A stretch of DNA of 64,000 nt. Origin: Spirochaetia bacterium. GTDB lineage: Bacteria; Spirochaetota; Spirochaetia; WTKD01; G963693115. A program made the position numbers and the translations under genes. Of this stretch, positions 32,967 through 42,700 are shown one piece after another. How positions within the stretch are numbered: position 1 is the first letter of the stretch; the number at the start of each line of letters is the position of its first letter. The stretch is from contig CBDDCA010000006.1 in assembly GCA_965226055.1 (NCBI GenBank), positions 1 to 64,000 on the forward strand, in the 5' to 3' direction. The notes beneath the pieces were generated by a model that saw only the letters and a list, made by a program, of their open reading frames with translations, was not told the origin of the DNA and did no database searches.

Positions 32967-34522
32967 AAAAGAATACACAGTTAGACATACCAGTAAGCTC
33001 ATCTTCGTTTAAGAATGCTCATACTACTGCTATGCAGCATAAAGAACATGCTCCCGTAGTTGCAATTCAAACGCTAGGATGTAAACTTAACCATGCAGAA
33101 AGCGATTCCATTGCTACCCGATTAAAACAAATGGGATTTGAGGTGATAAACAGAGATAGCCTTGATAAAAGAAACTCCTTTACTCACGCTAAATATATTG
33201 TCATAAATACATGTACGGTAACTGCAAAAGCAGATAGAAAAAGTCGACATAGCATATACCAAGCAATAAAAGGAAATGGATATTTTCGTAATACAGAACA
33301 TACAGAAGACTCCACTGCCCATAGAGATACTTCACATGGCTCATCATCTCATACAGAAACAACAAGCCCTCCCATAGTTATTGTTACTGGATGTTTTGTA
33401 GGAAGTGCAAAAAAAAATATAGAAGATATGGATATTGATTATATTGTCGACAACAGCAAAAAAAGCTATATTCCCGAAATTATAGATGCCCATGAAAAAG
33501 AGCAAATATTTGACTACAACGCACAGGAAGCAAATTATTTTAGTGCTACCCCAGCTGATCAAAGTTTCCATACCAGAAACAATCTCAAAATTCAGGATGG
33601 ATGTGATAATTTTTGTACTTTCTGTATCATTCCTCTTGTTCGTGGTACAGCACAAAGTTTACCTCTAAAAAAAGTAGTAGAAAATGCACGTACTATGATA
33701 GAAAACGGGAGTAAAGAAATAGTGCTTACTGGAGTAAACATGAGTCGCTACAGCGACCTATGTGAAGGAAAAGAGCATTCTTTTTCAGACTTACTTGAAG
33801 CTCTCTTAAAGATGGGCAACAATCATAACTGTAGGTTTCATATTTCATCATTAGAACCAGATAGATTAGACGATAAATTTTTTGATTTATTACAAGATCC
33901 AAAACTATGTTCACATCTTCATTTATGCTTACAAAGTGGTAGCGAAAAAATTTTGCTAAAAATGAGGCGTATGTATACAGTATCTGATTATATGAACTGT
34001 ATAGAACGTATCAAACAGTATGACAATAACTTTAACTTTACTACTGATATTATAGTAGGGTTTCCTGAAGAAAGTGATCATGATTTTATGCAAAGCATGA
34101 AGATTGTAAAAGAAACTGGATTTAGCCATATACATATTTTCCCCTATTCTGTTCGGCAAGGTACAAGAGCAGAGCGCATGAAAGCAGTAGACACAAGAAT
34201 ACAAAAAGACAGAATACAACAAATGCAAGCGTTATGCGATGAACAGAAACATCAGTATAGAATTTCTATGTTACATAAAAAACAAGAAGTACTCATAGAA
34301 AAAACAATGAACGATGCTAATGAAGGATACGGCTTTACTAACTATTATATTCCTGTACATGTATACAACACAAACACACACACTACTTTTACTGCTGCTC
34401 CAATACAACACAATAGCTTTATAGAAATTACTCCAACACAATGGAAAAAAGAGAGAGAACTTGTATTACTTGCAAACATAAGTAATCACTTTACAGAAAC
34501 TACCGATGCTAGTGGTCATTAG
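32963..34522 (+). CDS. mtaB: tRNA t6A methylthiotransferase MtaB
   Basis: TLGCKLN, INTCTVT, KIQDGCDNFCTFC, SSLEP, HIFPYS. Confidence 0.9.
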   Translation: MKKNTQLDIPVSSSSFKNAHTTAMQHKEHAPVVAIQTLGCKLNHAESDSIATRLKQMGFEVINRDSLDKRNSFTHAKYIVINTCTVTAKADRKSRHSIYQAIKGNGYFRNTEHTEDSTAHRDTSHGSSSHTETTSPPIVIVTGCFVGSAKKNIEDMDIDYIVDNSKKSYIPEIIDAHEKEQIFDYNAQEANYFSATPADQSFHTRNNLKIQDGCDNFCTFCIIPLVRGTAQSLPLKKVVENARTMIENGSKEIVLTGVNMSRYSDLCEGKEHSFSDLLEALLKMGNNHNCRFHISSLEPDRLDDKFFDLLQDPKLCSHLHLCLQSGSEKILLKMRRMYTVSDYMNCIERIKQYDNNFNFTTDIIVGFPEESDHDFMQSMKIVKETGFSHIHIFPYSVRQGTRAERMKAVDTRIQKDRIQQMQALCDEQKHQYRISMLHKKQEVLIEKTMNDANEGYGFTNYYIPVHVYNTNTHTTFTAAPIQHNSFIEITPTQWKKERELVLLANISNHFTETTDASGH

Positions 34523-35417
34523 TACTTCCTCTGCTTTATTTACAGCACTGAGTACACAACTGCAGTACACTGTGTATCGAGAACAAGATTATGAGCTTTT
34601 ACAGCATATAGCACTAGCTGCCCCTTTACCATATATTGTTTCTCTACATACACAACATTCCAGTAACTATGACTTTCATCATAATAGTATACTTGTTCAA
34701 ATACCTAACTCATCTTCATTATCATCATCACATATGAAACAAGAGTTAGCTATGCTCTGTGGTATACTGTATGCATTTCCTGTGCAAATACAATGTATAT
34801 TATATCTTGATATCATGCCTACACAGATATTTCACGAACAGAGAAACCTGTTTAAGGAAGAGGTGTCCTCACAGTACCGTACTATAGATTATTTTTTTGC
34901 ACATAGCATATATGCTGATACACATAGTTCCTGTCTTTATACCGATATACTCTTGCCTACTCTGCCACATTTTGCAGTAGCACATGCTCCTCTCCATTTT
35001 TTTAGTACTTTGGTACAAAAATATTGGAGTAGCCATTGTATACAATCTTTGCATATCATAGATAAAAATAGCACAGACACATCTCCTGTGCAAATCAAAA
35101 AAAACATGCCTGCCATTTTGGAATGTATACAGTCCTTACAGTCACTCAATACAGAAATTAGGTTTACAAGCACTATACAAAAACAACTACAAGCATTAAA
35201 ATTTCATTTTGGTTTTTCTAAAACACAGATGGCAAAGCTCTATACCTTGATACGCGGACAGTTACAAATAAACACTGATATACCAGATATTTTTTCTTTG
35301 GCACAAACAATAGCAAGCAATATGTCTTCTAAAAAATCTACCACTCAACACACATTCTCTGTACTCAACAGAAACACACTGTTTGTACAACTCTGTGAGC
35401 AACTACTAGAGACATAG
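34506..35417 (+). CDS. Hypothetical protein
   Basis: 303-aa ORF overlapping the end of mtaB; no recognised motif. Confidence 0.5.
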   Translation: MLVVISTSSALFTALSTQLQYTVYREQDYELLQHIALAAPLPYIVSLHTQHSSNYDFHHNSILVQIPNSSSLSSSHMKQELAMLCGILYAFPVQIQCILYLDIMPTQIFHEQRNLFKEEVSSQYRTIDYFFAHSIYADTHSSCLYTDILLPTLPHFAVAHAPLHFFSTLVQKYWSSHCIQSLHIIDKNSTDTSPVQIKKNMPAILECIQSLQSLNTEIRFTSTIQKQLQALKFHFGFSKTQMAKLYTLIRGQLQINTDIPDIFSLAQTIASNMSSKKSTTQHTFSVLNRNTLFVQLCEQLLET

Positions 35418-35559
35418 TGTATCATGCATGCTTCCTTTTCCATAAGGAATATTATACTAATGGAGAGAAGGGAATTACAGACAATTTAATCTTTTGGAGT
35501 GTTATTACTGTCTGATGTTTCGCTACTATTTACTTTTTTTCCATTTGATTATCAACTAC

Positions 35560-36015
35560 TTACATTAAATTTTTATAATGCTGTTTTATTAGTTCTCTAT
35601 TTATCTCAGCTCCTACTTGTTTCTCATTGATGGTAATAGTCCATGGAGTCTCATGTTTATGTGTTATATCGGATAGCTCCCAATCAGTTAAATTACCATA
35701 TACTTCTAATACTTCTAGTATCAAATCATATTCTTTTTTATGTTCTTTTTCATTATAAGTAACATCAGTTTTTATAGGAGATTTTATAGGATTAAACATA
35801 TTTCTATGTTCTTTTTTAATTTTCTCATAAACAGTTTTACAGACAGGACCATAAGGAAAAGCATAAAAATCATCATCAATAAGCCATCTATCATAATTAG
35901 CAATATACCATCCGCATGAAAAGTATAATAATTTCTGTAATTTCATATTACGTATAGGGTCTTTTTTATCTATAAAGTGCTGTAGTATTATATTAGTTGC
36001 TACTAAAGTATCCAT
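35560..36015 (-). CDS. Panacea (DUF4065/SocA) antitoxin, orphan
   Basis: MKLQKLLYF, YGPV, LSDITH, PW; AAGGAGG RBS. Confidence 0.9.
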   Translation of the reverse strand: MDTLVATNIILQHFIDKKDPIRNMKLQKLLYFSCGWYIANYDRWLIDDDFYAFPYGPVCKTVYEKIKKEHRNMFNPIKSPIKTDVTYNEKEHKKEYDLILEVLEVYGNLTDWELSDITHKHETPWTITINEKQVGAEINRELIKQHYKNLM

Positions 36016-36051
36016 TTTTACCTCCTTATCAACATAGATTCATCTGTTTAT

Positions 36052-36082
36052 ATACTATCACAAATTGTAATTTTTATGTCAA
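36052..36082 (-). promoter_or_regulatory. Sigma70-like promoter of the Panacea gene
   Basis: TTGACA followed by TGaTAGTAT on the minus strand. Confidence 0.5.
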
Positions 36083-36186
36083 ACTTTAGAAGACACACGA
36101 GATAGTAAAAGTATAGGCAAAACTCTATAAGTACGGTAATATATTATACTATATAGGAAGGTATATACAACTACCCTAAATACACT

Positions 36187-37197
36187 ATGCATTTTTCCCA
36201 CATATATGTAGAACACAATGTAATGACAGCCTCCATAAGCAAAACAATACTGTCACAATATCCAAATGCACAAGTAATACCTATTGAAAACTATAAACAG
36301 TTTTTTAACAGAAAAAATCAAAATTTTACATTACAAAGAAAAAGCCGAAAATTGATATTAGCAAAACAAAAACATCATTTCACTTTCTTAGGAACTGAAC
36401 GCGTCCGTAGCTTTGGCAACAAACATATTTACTCTTGCTCTATGATTCGAAACTGCAAGTATCACTGCGAATACTGTTTTTTGTCAGGCATGCACGAGTC
36501 TGCTCATATAGTATTATATGTCAATATAGAAGACTACATACAGAGAGTTACACATATTTCACAAAAAATGTATAAAGAGCATCCACAAGATAGTATATAT
36601 CTCATAACATCATATTTAAGTGATCTGCCTGCATTTGAAGAGCTATATCCTCTTTGCAAAACATGGATAGAAATTATAGACAGGCTTCCTAATGTAGAGC
36701 TAGAAATACGAAGTAAAAGCGATGCCTATACTTCTATAAGAAACATTCCTGTATCAAAAAAAGCTATTCTCGTGTGGTCTTTTTCTCCTCCTGAGATCAT
36801 TCGTACCTATGAACATGGCACGGCCTCTTTCCATACACGAATTTTACAAACAAAAGCAGCTATAGAAGATGGGTGGCGTGTACGGTTATGCTTTGATCCT
36901 ATTATATATTCTCCTCAATGGAAACAGCATTATATTGAAAGTTTACAAAAAATTTTACAGTACTGCCACCCTGACACCATTGAAGCAATAAGTTACGGAG
37001 TGTTCCGTATGAGTAACAACCATCTACAAAAAATGAGAAAAGAAAGGCCTGCTTTACGACTATTACATCAAAATATTGAAATAAAAGATTCATTAGGAAC
37101 ATATACTCCCCCTATTCTAAAAGAAATACAAGAAGAGTTTATACACGAGGCTTCTAAATACTTTCCTAAAGAGAAAATACATTTTGTACATGGATAA
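36187..37197 (+). CDS. Spore-photoproduct-lyase-like radical SAM protein
   Basis: NCKYHCEYCFL, EIRSKS, WSFSP, RLCFDPII. Confidence 0.85.
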   Translation: MHFSHIYVEHNVMTASISKTILSQYPNAQVIPIENYKQFFNRKNQNFTLQRKSRKLILAKQKHHFTFLGTERVRSFGNKHIYSCSMIRNCKYHCEYCFLSGMHESAHIVLYVNIEDYIQRVTHISQKMYKEHPQDSIYLITSYLSDLPAFEELYPLCKTWIEIIDRLPNVELEIRSKSDAYTSIRNIPVSKKAILVWSFSPPEIIRTYEHGTASFHTRILQTKAAIEDGWRVRLCFDPIIYSPQWKQHYIESLQKILQYCHPDTIEAISYGVFRMSNNHLQKMRKERPALRLLHQNIEIKDSLGTYTPPILKEIQEEFIHEASKYFPKEKIHFVHG

Positions 37198-37264
37198 ACG
37201 CATACTATATCTTTCTCTTTTTATTACATACATTTTCATTACACAAATATAGTATACTATTACT

Positions 37265-38395
37265 ATGATTTCAACAGAAAAATTTGTACATAAACTACTT
37301 GAATCAAAGATCCATTTTTTTACTGGAGTCCCTGATTCTCTCTTAAAAGATTTTGGCAATTACATATACAGTCATATTTCTGCTAACAATCATATTATCG
37401 TAGCAAACGAAGGAAACGCAATAGCACTAGCAGCAGGGAGCTACCTTGCTAACAGTACCATCCCACTTGTGTATTTACAAAATGCAGGATTAGGAAATAT
37501 TGTCAACCCTCTGCTTTCTATGGCAGATGCCTCTCTATACGCTATTCCTATGATTATTTTAGTAGGCTGGCGAGGAAAAGACGGAAAAGATGATGCAGAA
37601 CAACACTTACAACAAGGAGCATGTACTCCCTCTTTGATTGAGGCTATGCAGTACCCTTTTTGTGTTCTTTCTCAACAAGAAGAAACAGCATTACAACAAA
37701 TAGACAAAGCAATAAGATCCATTACTGAAACTCCTCAACCATACTTTTTGTTAGTAGAAAAAGAAACATTCAGTAGCGTCCCTCTTACAAAAAAAGTTGC
37801 TTCTGCAAGCAATATGTCTCGCGAAGAAGCGTTACGTATTGTAGCTCGTTCGTTACCAGAAGACTACTTTGTAGTAACAACAACAGGAAAAACAAGTAGA
37901 GAATGGTACGAAGTACGCGAACAACTACAGCAAAGCCATGATAACGATTTTTTGACTGTAGGAAGCATGGGACACACTTCTAGTATTGCACTTGGCATGG
38001 CAACGCAAAGCAACGCTCATATACTTTGTGTAGATGGAGATGGATCTATGCTCATGCACATGGGTGCTCTTGCGGTTGCTGGCTCAGTACATTTGGAAAA
38101 TTTTCATTATGTACTTATCAATAATCTTTCGCATGAATCAGTGGGAGGATTGCCAACAAATATACATCATATACATTTCGAACAATTTTTTCTCTCCATT
38201 GGGTTTGATGCATATTTTCGTGCCGATACTCCTGAAAGTCTTGAAAATGTAATACACAATTTTATCAACACAAAACATGCAGTACTAGAGATACGAGTAA
38301 AACAAGGGTCTCGAAAAGACTTAAGTCGCCCTGACAAAACATCGGGACAAATATCACAAATATTACGTGAACAATTTATAAAAGCAAAGGAATAA
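37265..38395 (+). CDS. aepY: Phosphonopyruvate decarboxylase
   Basis: GVPDSLL, NEGNA, QNAGLGN, GSMGH, DGDGSMLMH, HESVGG; adjacent to pepM. Confidence 0.94.
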   Translation: MISTEKFVHKLLESKIHFFTGVPDSLLKDFGNYIYSHISANNHIIVANEGNAIALAAGSYLANSTIPLVYLQNAGLGNIVNPLLSMADASLYAIPMIILVGWRGKDGKDDAEQHLQQGACTPSLIEAMQYPFCVLSQQEETALQQIDKAIRSITETPQPYFLLVEKETFSSVPLTKKVASASNMSREEALRIVARSLPEDYFVVTTTGKTSREWYEVREQLQQSHDNDFLTVGSMGHTSSIALGMATQSNAHILCVDGDGSMLMHMGALAVAGSVHLENFHYVLINNLSHESVGGLPTNIHHIHFEQFFLSIGFDAYFRADTPESLENVIHNFINTKHAVLEIRVKQGSRKDLSRPDKTSGQISQILREQFIKAKE

Positions 38396-38398
38396 ACT

Positions 38399-39703
38399 AT
38401 GAAAAAAATATATCTTTCAATGGCTGGAGACATTATCCATCAAGGACATATCAATATTATTAAAGCTGCTACTAAACATGGAGAACTTATTGTAGGTTTG
38501 CTTTCTGATACTGTTATTGGCAACAATAAACGCATCCCTATTATGAATTTTGGACAACGAAAAGAAATAATTGAAAACATAAAAGGAGTAAGCCAAGTAA
38601 TAGAACAAAACAGTATTGAATACACCGATAACTTAGAGAAACTAAAACCAGAGTTTGTAATTCATGGGGATGATTGGAAAGTTGGAAAACAAGCATATAT
38701 TCGACAACAGGTAATTGAACAATTAAAGCAATGGAATGGGGAGCTTATAGAAATTCCATACACAGATGGTATCTCTAGTTCTTCAATAGAAGAGCTATTA
38801 CAAGAAAGAGGTGTAAGTGCAGGCGAAAGAAGAAAGCGTTTGCAGCTGCTTCTTTCCACTAAAAATATAGTAAGAGTACTTGAAGCACATAATGGGCTTA
38901 CGGGTCTTATAGTTGAAAAAACAGTGTTACAGGAACATGATGAACGAAAAGAGTTTGATGCTATGTGGATATCCAGCCTCTGTGATTCTACTGCAAAAGG
39001 AAAGCCTGATATAGAGCTTGTAGACTATACTTCGCGCATCAATACTATCAATGAAATTATTGAAGTGACAACAAAGCCAATCATCTTAGATGGTGATACG
39101 GGGGGACTTGTTGAGCATTTTGTATACAATGTCCGCACCTTAGAACGATTAGGCGTAAGTGCTATTATTATAGAAGATAAGGTAGGATTAAAAAAGAACA
39201 GCCTTTTTGGTACCGAAGCTGCCCAACAACAAGCTACTCCTGAAGAATTTGCTCATAAAATTCGTGCAGGAAAACAAGCACAGCTGGGAAACTCCTTTAT
39301 GATCATTGCAAGAATAGAATCGCTTATCCTTAAGCAAGGGATAGACGATGCATTACATCGTGCAAAAGTATATATTGAAGCAGGCACTGATGGAATTATG
39401 ATACATTCAAAAGAAAAAGATGGCAGTGAGATAAAAGAATTTTTACAACGATATAAACAAGAAGTTCCTCGTACAGTACCAGTAGTAGTAGTGCCTACCA
39501 CCTACAATCATATCACAGAACAAGAATTTTATGCTATGGGAGCAAACATAGTCATCTATGCAAATCACCTTATACGAAGTGCATATCTTGCCATGAAAGA
39601 AACTGCAGAAACTATTTTACGTAATGAACGCAGTGCAGAGGTAGACAAGCAATGTCTTCCAATTAAGGAAATACTTACCCTCATTCCACAAATAGTAGAT
39701 TAG
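38399..39703 (+). CDS. pepM: Phosphoenolpyruvate mutase with an N-terminal cytidylyltransferase domain
   Basis: HQGH and HGDDW (cytidylyltransferase); EDKVGLKKNS PepM signature. Confidence 0.96.
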   Translation: MKKIYLSMAGDIIHQGHINIIKAATKHGELIVGLLSDTVIGNNKRIPIMNFGQRKEIIENIKGVSQVIEQNSIEYTDNLEKLKPEFVIHGDDWKVGKQAYIRQQVIEQLKQWNGELIEIPYTDGISSSSIEELLQERGVSAGERRKRLQLLLSTKNIVRVLEAHNGLTGLIVEKTVLQEHDERKEFDAMWISSLCDSTAKGKPDIELVDYTSRINTINEIIEVTTKPIILDGDTGGLVEHFVYNVRTLERLGVSAIIIEDKVGLKKNSLFGTEAAQQQATPEEFAHKIRAGKQAQLGNSFMIIARIESLILKQGIDDALHRAKVYIEAGTDGIMIHSKEKDGSEIKEFLQRYKQEVPRTVPVVVVPTTYNHITEQEFYAMGANIVIYANHLIRSAYLAMKETAETILRNERSAEVDKQCLPIKEILTLIPQIVD

Positions 39704-39745
39704 AGAAAATACACTGCCTTACCTTTGCCGCAGACTATTTATACA

Positions 39746-39780
39746 AGGAAAAAGAGAGTGCTATGCACTCTCTTTTTCCT
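39746..39780. terminator. Bidirectional intrinsic terminator
   Basis: Perfect 16-bp stem AGGAAAAAGAGAGTGC-TAT-GCACTCTCTTTTTCCT between convergent genes. Confidence 0.9.
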
Positions 39781-39788
39781 ACACTACC

Positions 39789-42700
39789 CTACGATGAGGG
39801 ACATGCTACTTTATCAGTTTTATCCTTTGGGTACTGTGCTGTTTTGCCAGCCATAGCTGAACCCTCAAACTCACTTTTACCTGATGATAATTGCGTTTTA
39901 CACAATTTCCATGATGATAAATCTTGATCAAATGCACTAGCTTGGAAAAATACCAAAGTTACATCAGTAACATTCCTTACCTTCCAATTTCCTATATCTT
40001 GATTAAAGGCGTTTGTTTGAGCAAACATTTGATTTATATTCATTACATTTTCCACATCCCAATCTCCTATATCTTGATTAAAAACACTTGCAACAAGAAA
40101 CATGGTAGTCATATCCGTTACTTTTGCCACATCCCAATCTCCTATATCTTGATTAAAAACACTTGCACCCGCAAACATACCCCTCATACTAGTTACACTG
40201 CTGGTATTCCACCGTATTATGTCCCCATTAAAAGCACTATCTCTAAAAAACAAACCACCCATATCAGTAATAGCACTGGTGTCTATCATGTTGAGATTGG
40301 GACTAGGGTTACTACTCTTCCCTCCTGTAGCTTGTCTTGTCTTTTCTTCACTGATAATAGTTTGTAGTTCTGACGTTTTCGTTGGTCTATAATAGGACTC
40401 TGCTTTTCCTGATGGTGCTGTTCTTAACTCTGTCTGTATAACAATAGTCGCTGGTACTTTTTTCTTTGAAGCGGTTATTGTACACTGTGCTACATCATAG
40501 AAATAGCTAGTAATAGCAGGGTCACGTATATTGGATTTGTTTGCTATGCCTGTTATGGTAACTGTTTTGCTACTCTGATCAAACGATACTGTAAGGCCTG
40601 TCTCTTTTTTGATTTTCTCTGCATCTGCCTCTAGTATGTTTGCATCACAGGTAAAGGCAGAGTTACTAGTAAGTACTCTTGTAGTATTTGATGCTAGTGC
40701 TGTGCCTACTTCTGCTGATACTATGCTAGTGTTTCCTATAGATATTGCACTTACTTCAAATTCGTGGCGTTGTCCTGTTGATACTTTTGTGTCATCAGTG
40801 CTGTTTACTGCTTGCACTACTATTTCGTAGGTCGTTCCGTTTGTCAATCCTGTCAGGGTAGTGTTGGTTGTTCCTGCTGCTACTGTTGTGGGGCTTGAGT
40901 CTGCTTGTTTTATTGCTGCTACACTTCTTGCACTGCCACCTTTGGCTACTTTGTATACTTTGTACGATACTTGTGCTACTGTTAGGGTAGCTCCTGTGTT
41001 TGTTTTGTGACTTGCACTGAGGCTAGGGGCTGTCCACGATACTCTCATACCTGTCTGGGCTACTCTTGTTTGTATACTGCTTACTTCTGCGGGGGCAGTC
41101 GCCTGCGATGCTGTCGTTACACTTGCCACTGTCGATACTGCTTTTTTACTTGTGTCTGTTTTTATTGCTACTTCTACCACAAAGTAGTACTTTGTCGCTC
41201 CTTTTATTGCTACTACTGGTGCTGTGTCTGAAGACAAGCCTAAACTGGCAAGGGACTGTACTGTGTACACTCCGCTTGTTACACTGCCTAGGTTTATCTT
41301 TCTGCCTGCAAGTACTTCTGCTACAGTAGCTGTGCCGTCTTTCTGTAAGCCATACACTGTGTATACTAGCTGATTGCTTGCTGTTATGTTTGTGCCATCG
41401 TAGTCTTTTGCTCCTGTAAATGTGCTTAACTCGGTAAGTACCAGCTTTATTGTGCCTGCTGTGTTTGTTGACGGTGATACTACCAGCTTTCCTGTCAGTA
41501 ATGACTGGCTGGGTGCTACTGCTTTGGAAGTATAGATTTCCTTTATTTCTGTTACATCGGTGTAAAAGCCTGCAGGAAAGAGCTTGTCGCTATTTGTTGC
41601 ATCGTAATTGGGGGATGTTGTGTTTACTATCCTCACTCCTATGTAGTAGTCCTTTGCTGTTTCTATGGGCGTTGCTCCTGCATTGCTTCCACTGGTACTG
41701 TCTACTATTGCTATGGATATTGTGTCTTGAGTTGTTCCTGTTGCTTTTGTGTATTTTGCTACTTTTACACTACTTTTTTCCACTGCCCATAAAGCCGATA
41801 CGCTGGCAGGCTTTCCTGTGCTATCTTCTTTCTTGAGGTATAGCACATAGTACGCAAGGTCTGTCGCTTCAAGGGCATTGCCATTTGCCTTGCTCACTCC
41901 TGCTATTGCTGAGGCATTTACTTGTACTGTTATGACTTTTTTCCCTCTATTGCTTCCTGTGCTAGGCACTGCAAATACCACTGCATTATTTGTAGTATAG
42001 GTTGTTACTTTTGGTGTGCTTGGGGGAGCAGTAAGGGTTGCTTTCTTTATTGTTGCTGATGTTCCTGTACTATACGAAGGATTGAGGCTGTTTATCGCTT
42101 CTACTCCTGCGGTATAGTCTGCTCCTTTTGTTCCTATAAATGTTACTTTTAATTCTGCACTGTTTCCTGCTAGCTCCCGTGTTTGTACTCCTGCAAGGGC
42201 TTTTATTTCGTCTAGTGTCTTTGTGCTGTGGTCTCCTGCTACTATGTATACTTTGTATTGTATTTGTGCTTGCGTGAGTTTTGCTCCACTGGGTGCTTTG
42301 TTATCATTGGTAATAGTACCTGCACTAAATGTATAGACTGCTGTTGCGGTTGTTTGTGTTACTGACTCTACGGAGAGCTTTGCATCTTTTGCAGCGGGCG
42401 GTGCTGTCGAGGTGCTATCGTATACTGCTACTGCATCACTCAGTGCGGTTACGGGGCTTACTCTGTTATTTGCTATTTGCAGAAAATCAAAGCGATAGTC
42501 TTTTTTATTTGATTGGCTCTTAGGTACTTCTAAGCCATCTGCTATGCCAAAGCTAATGGTGGTTGCTGTTCTTGTTATGCTTTTTTCTGCTATTAAGGTA
42601 GCTCCATCTTTCATACGCAGGGTGTAGTATCGCCCTATGCCAGGAGCATTCTTAAAAGTTGCTTTTATTTGTATTGCTCCTGTTGTATCAAGAGTAGGCT

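Noticed and set aside
36187-37197. Radical SAM gene as a phosphonate tailoring enzyme
   Set aside because: Motifs fit the SPL-like family and ppd has its own -10 box; adjacency alone is insufficient
39905-40300. DUF285 repeats as a CRISPR array or DGR target
   Set aside because: 75-bp coding periodicity; no reverse transcriptase or template repeat in the window
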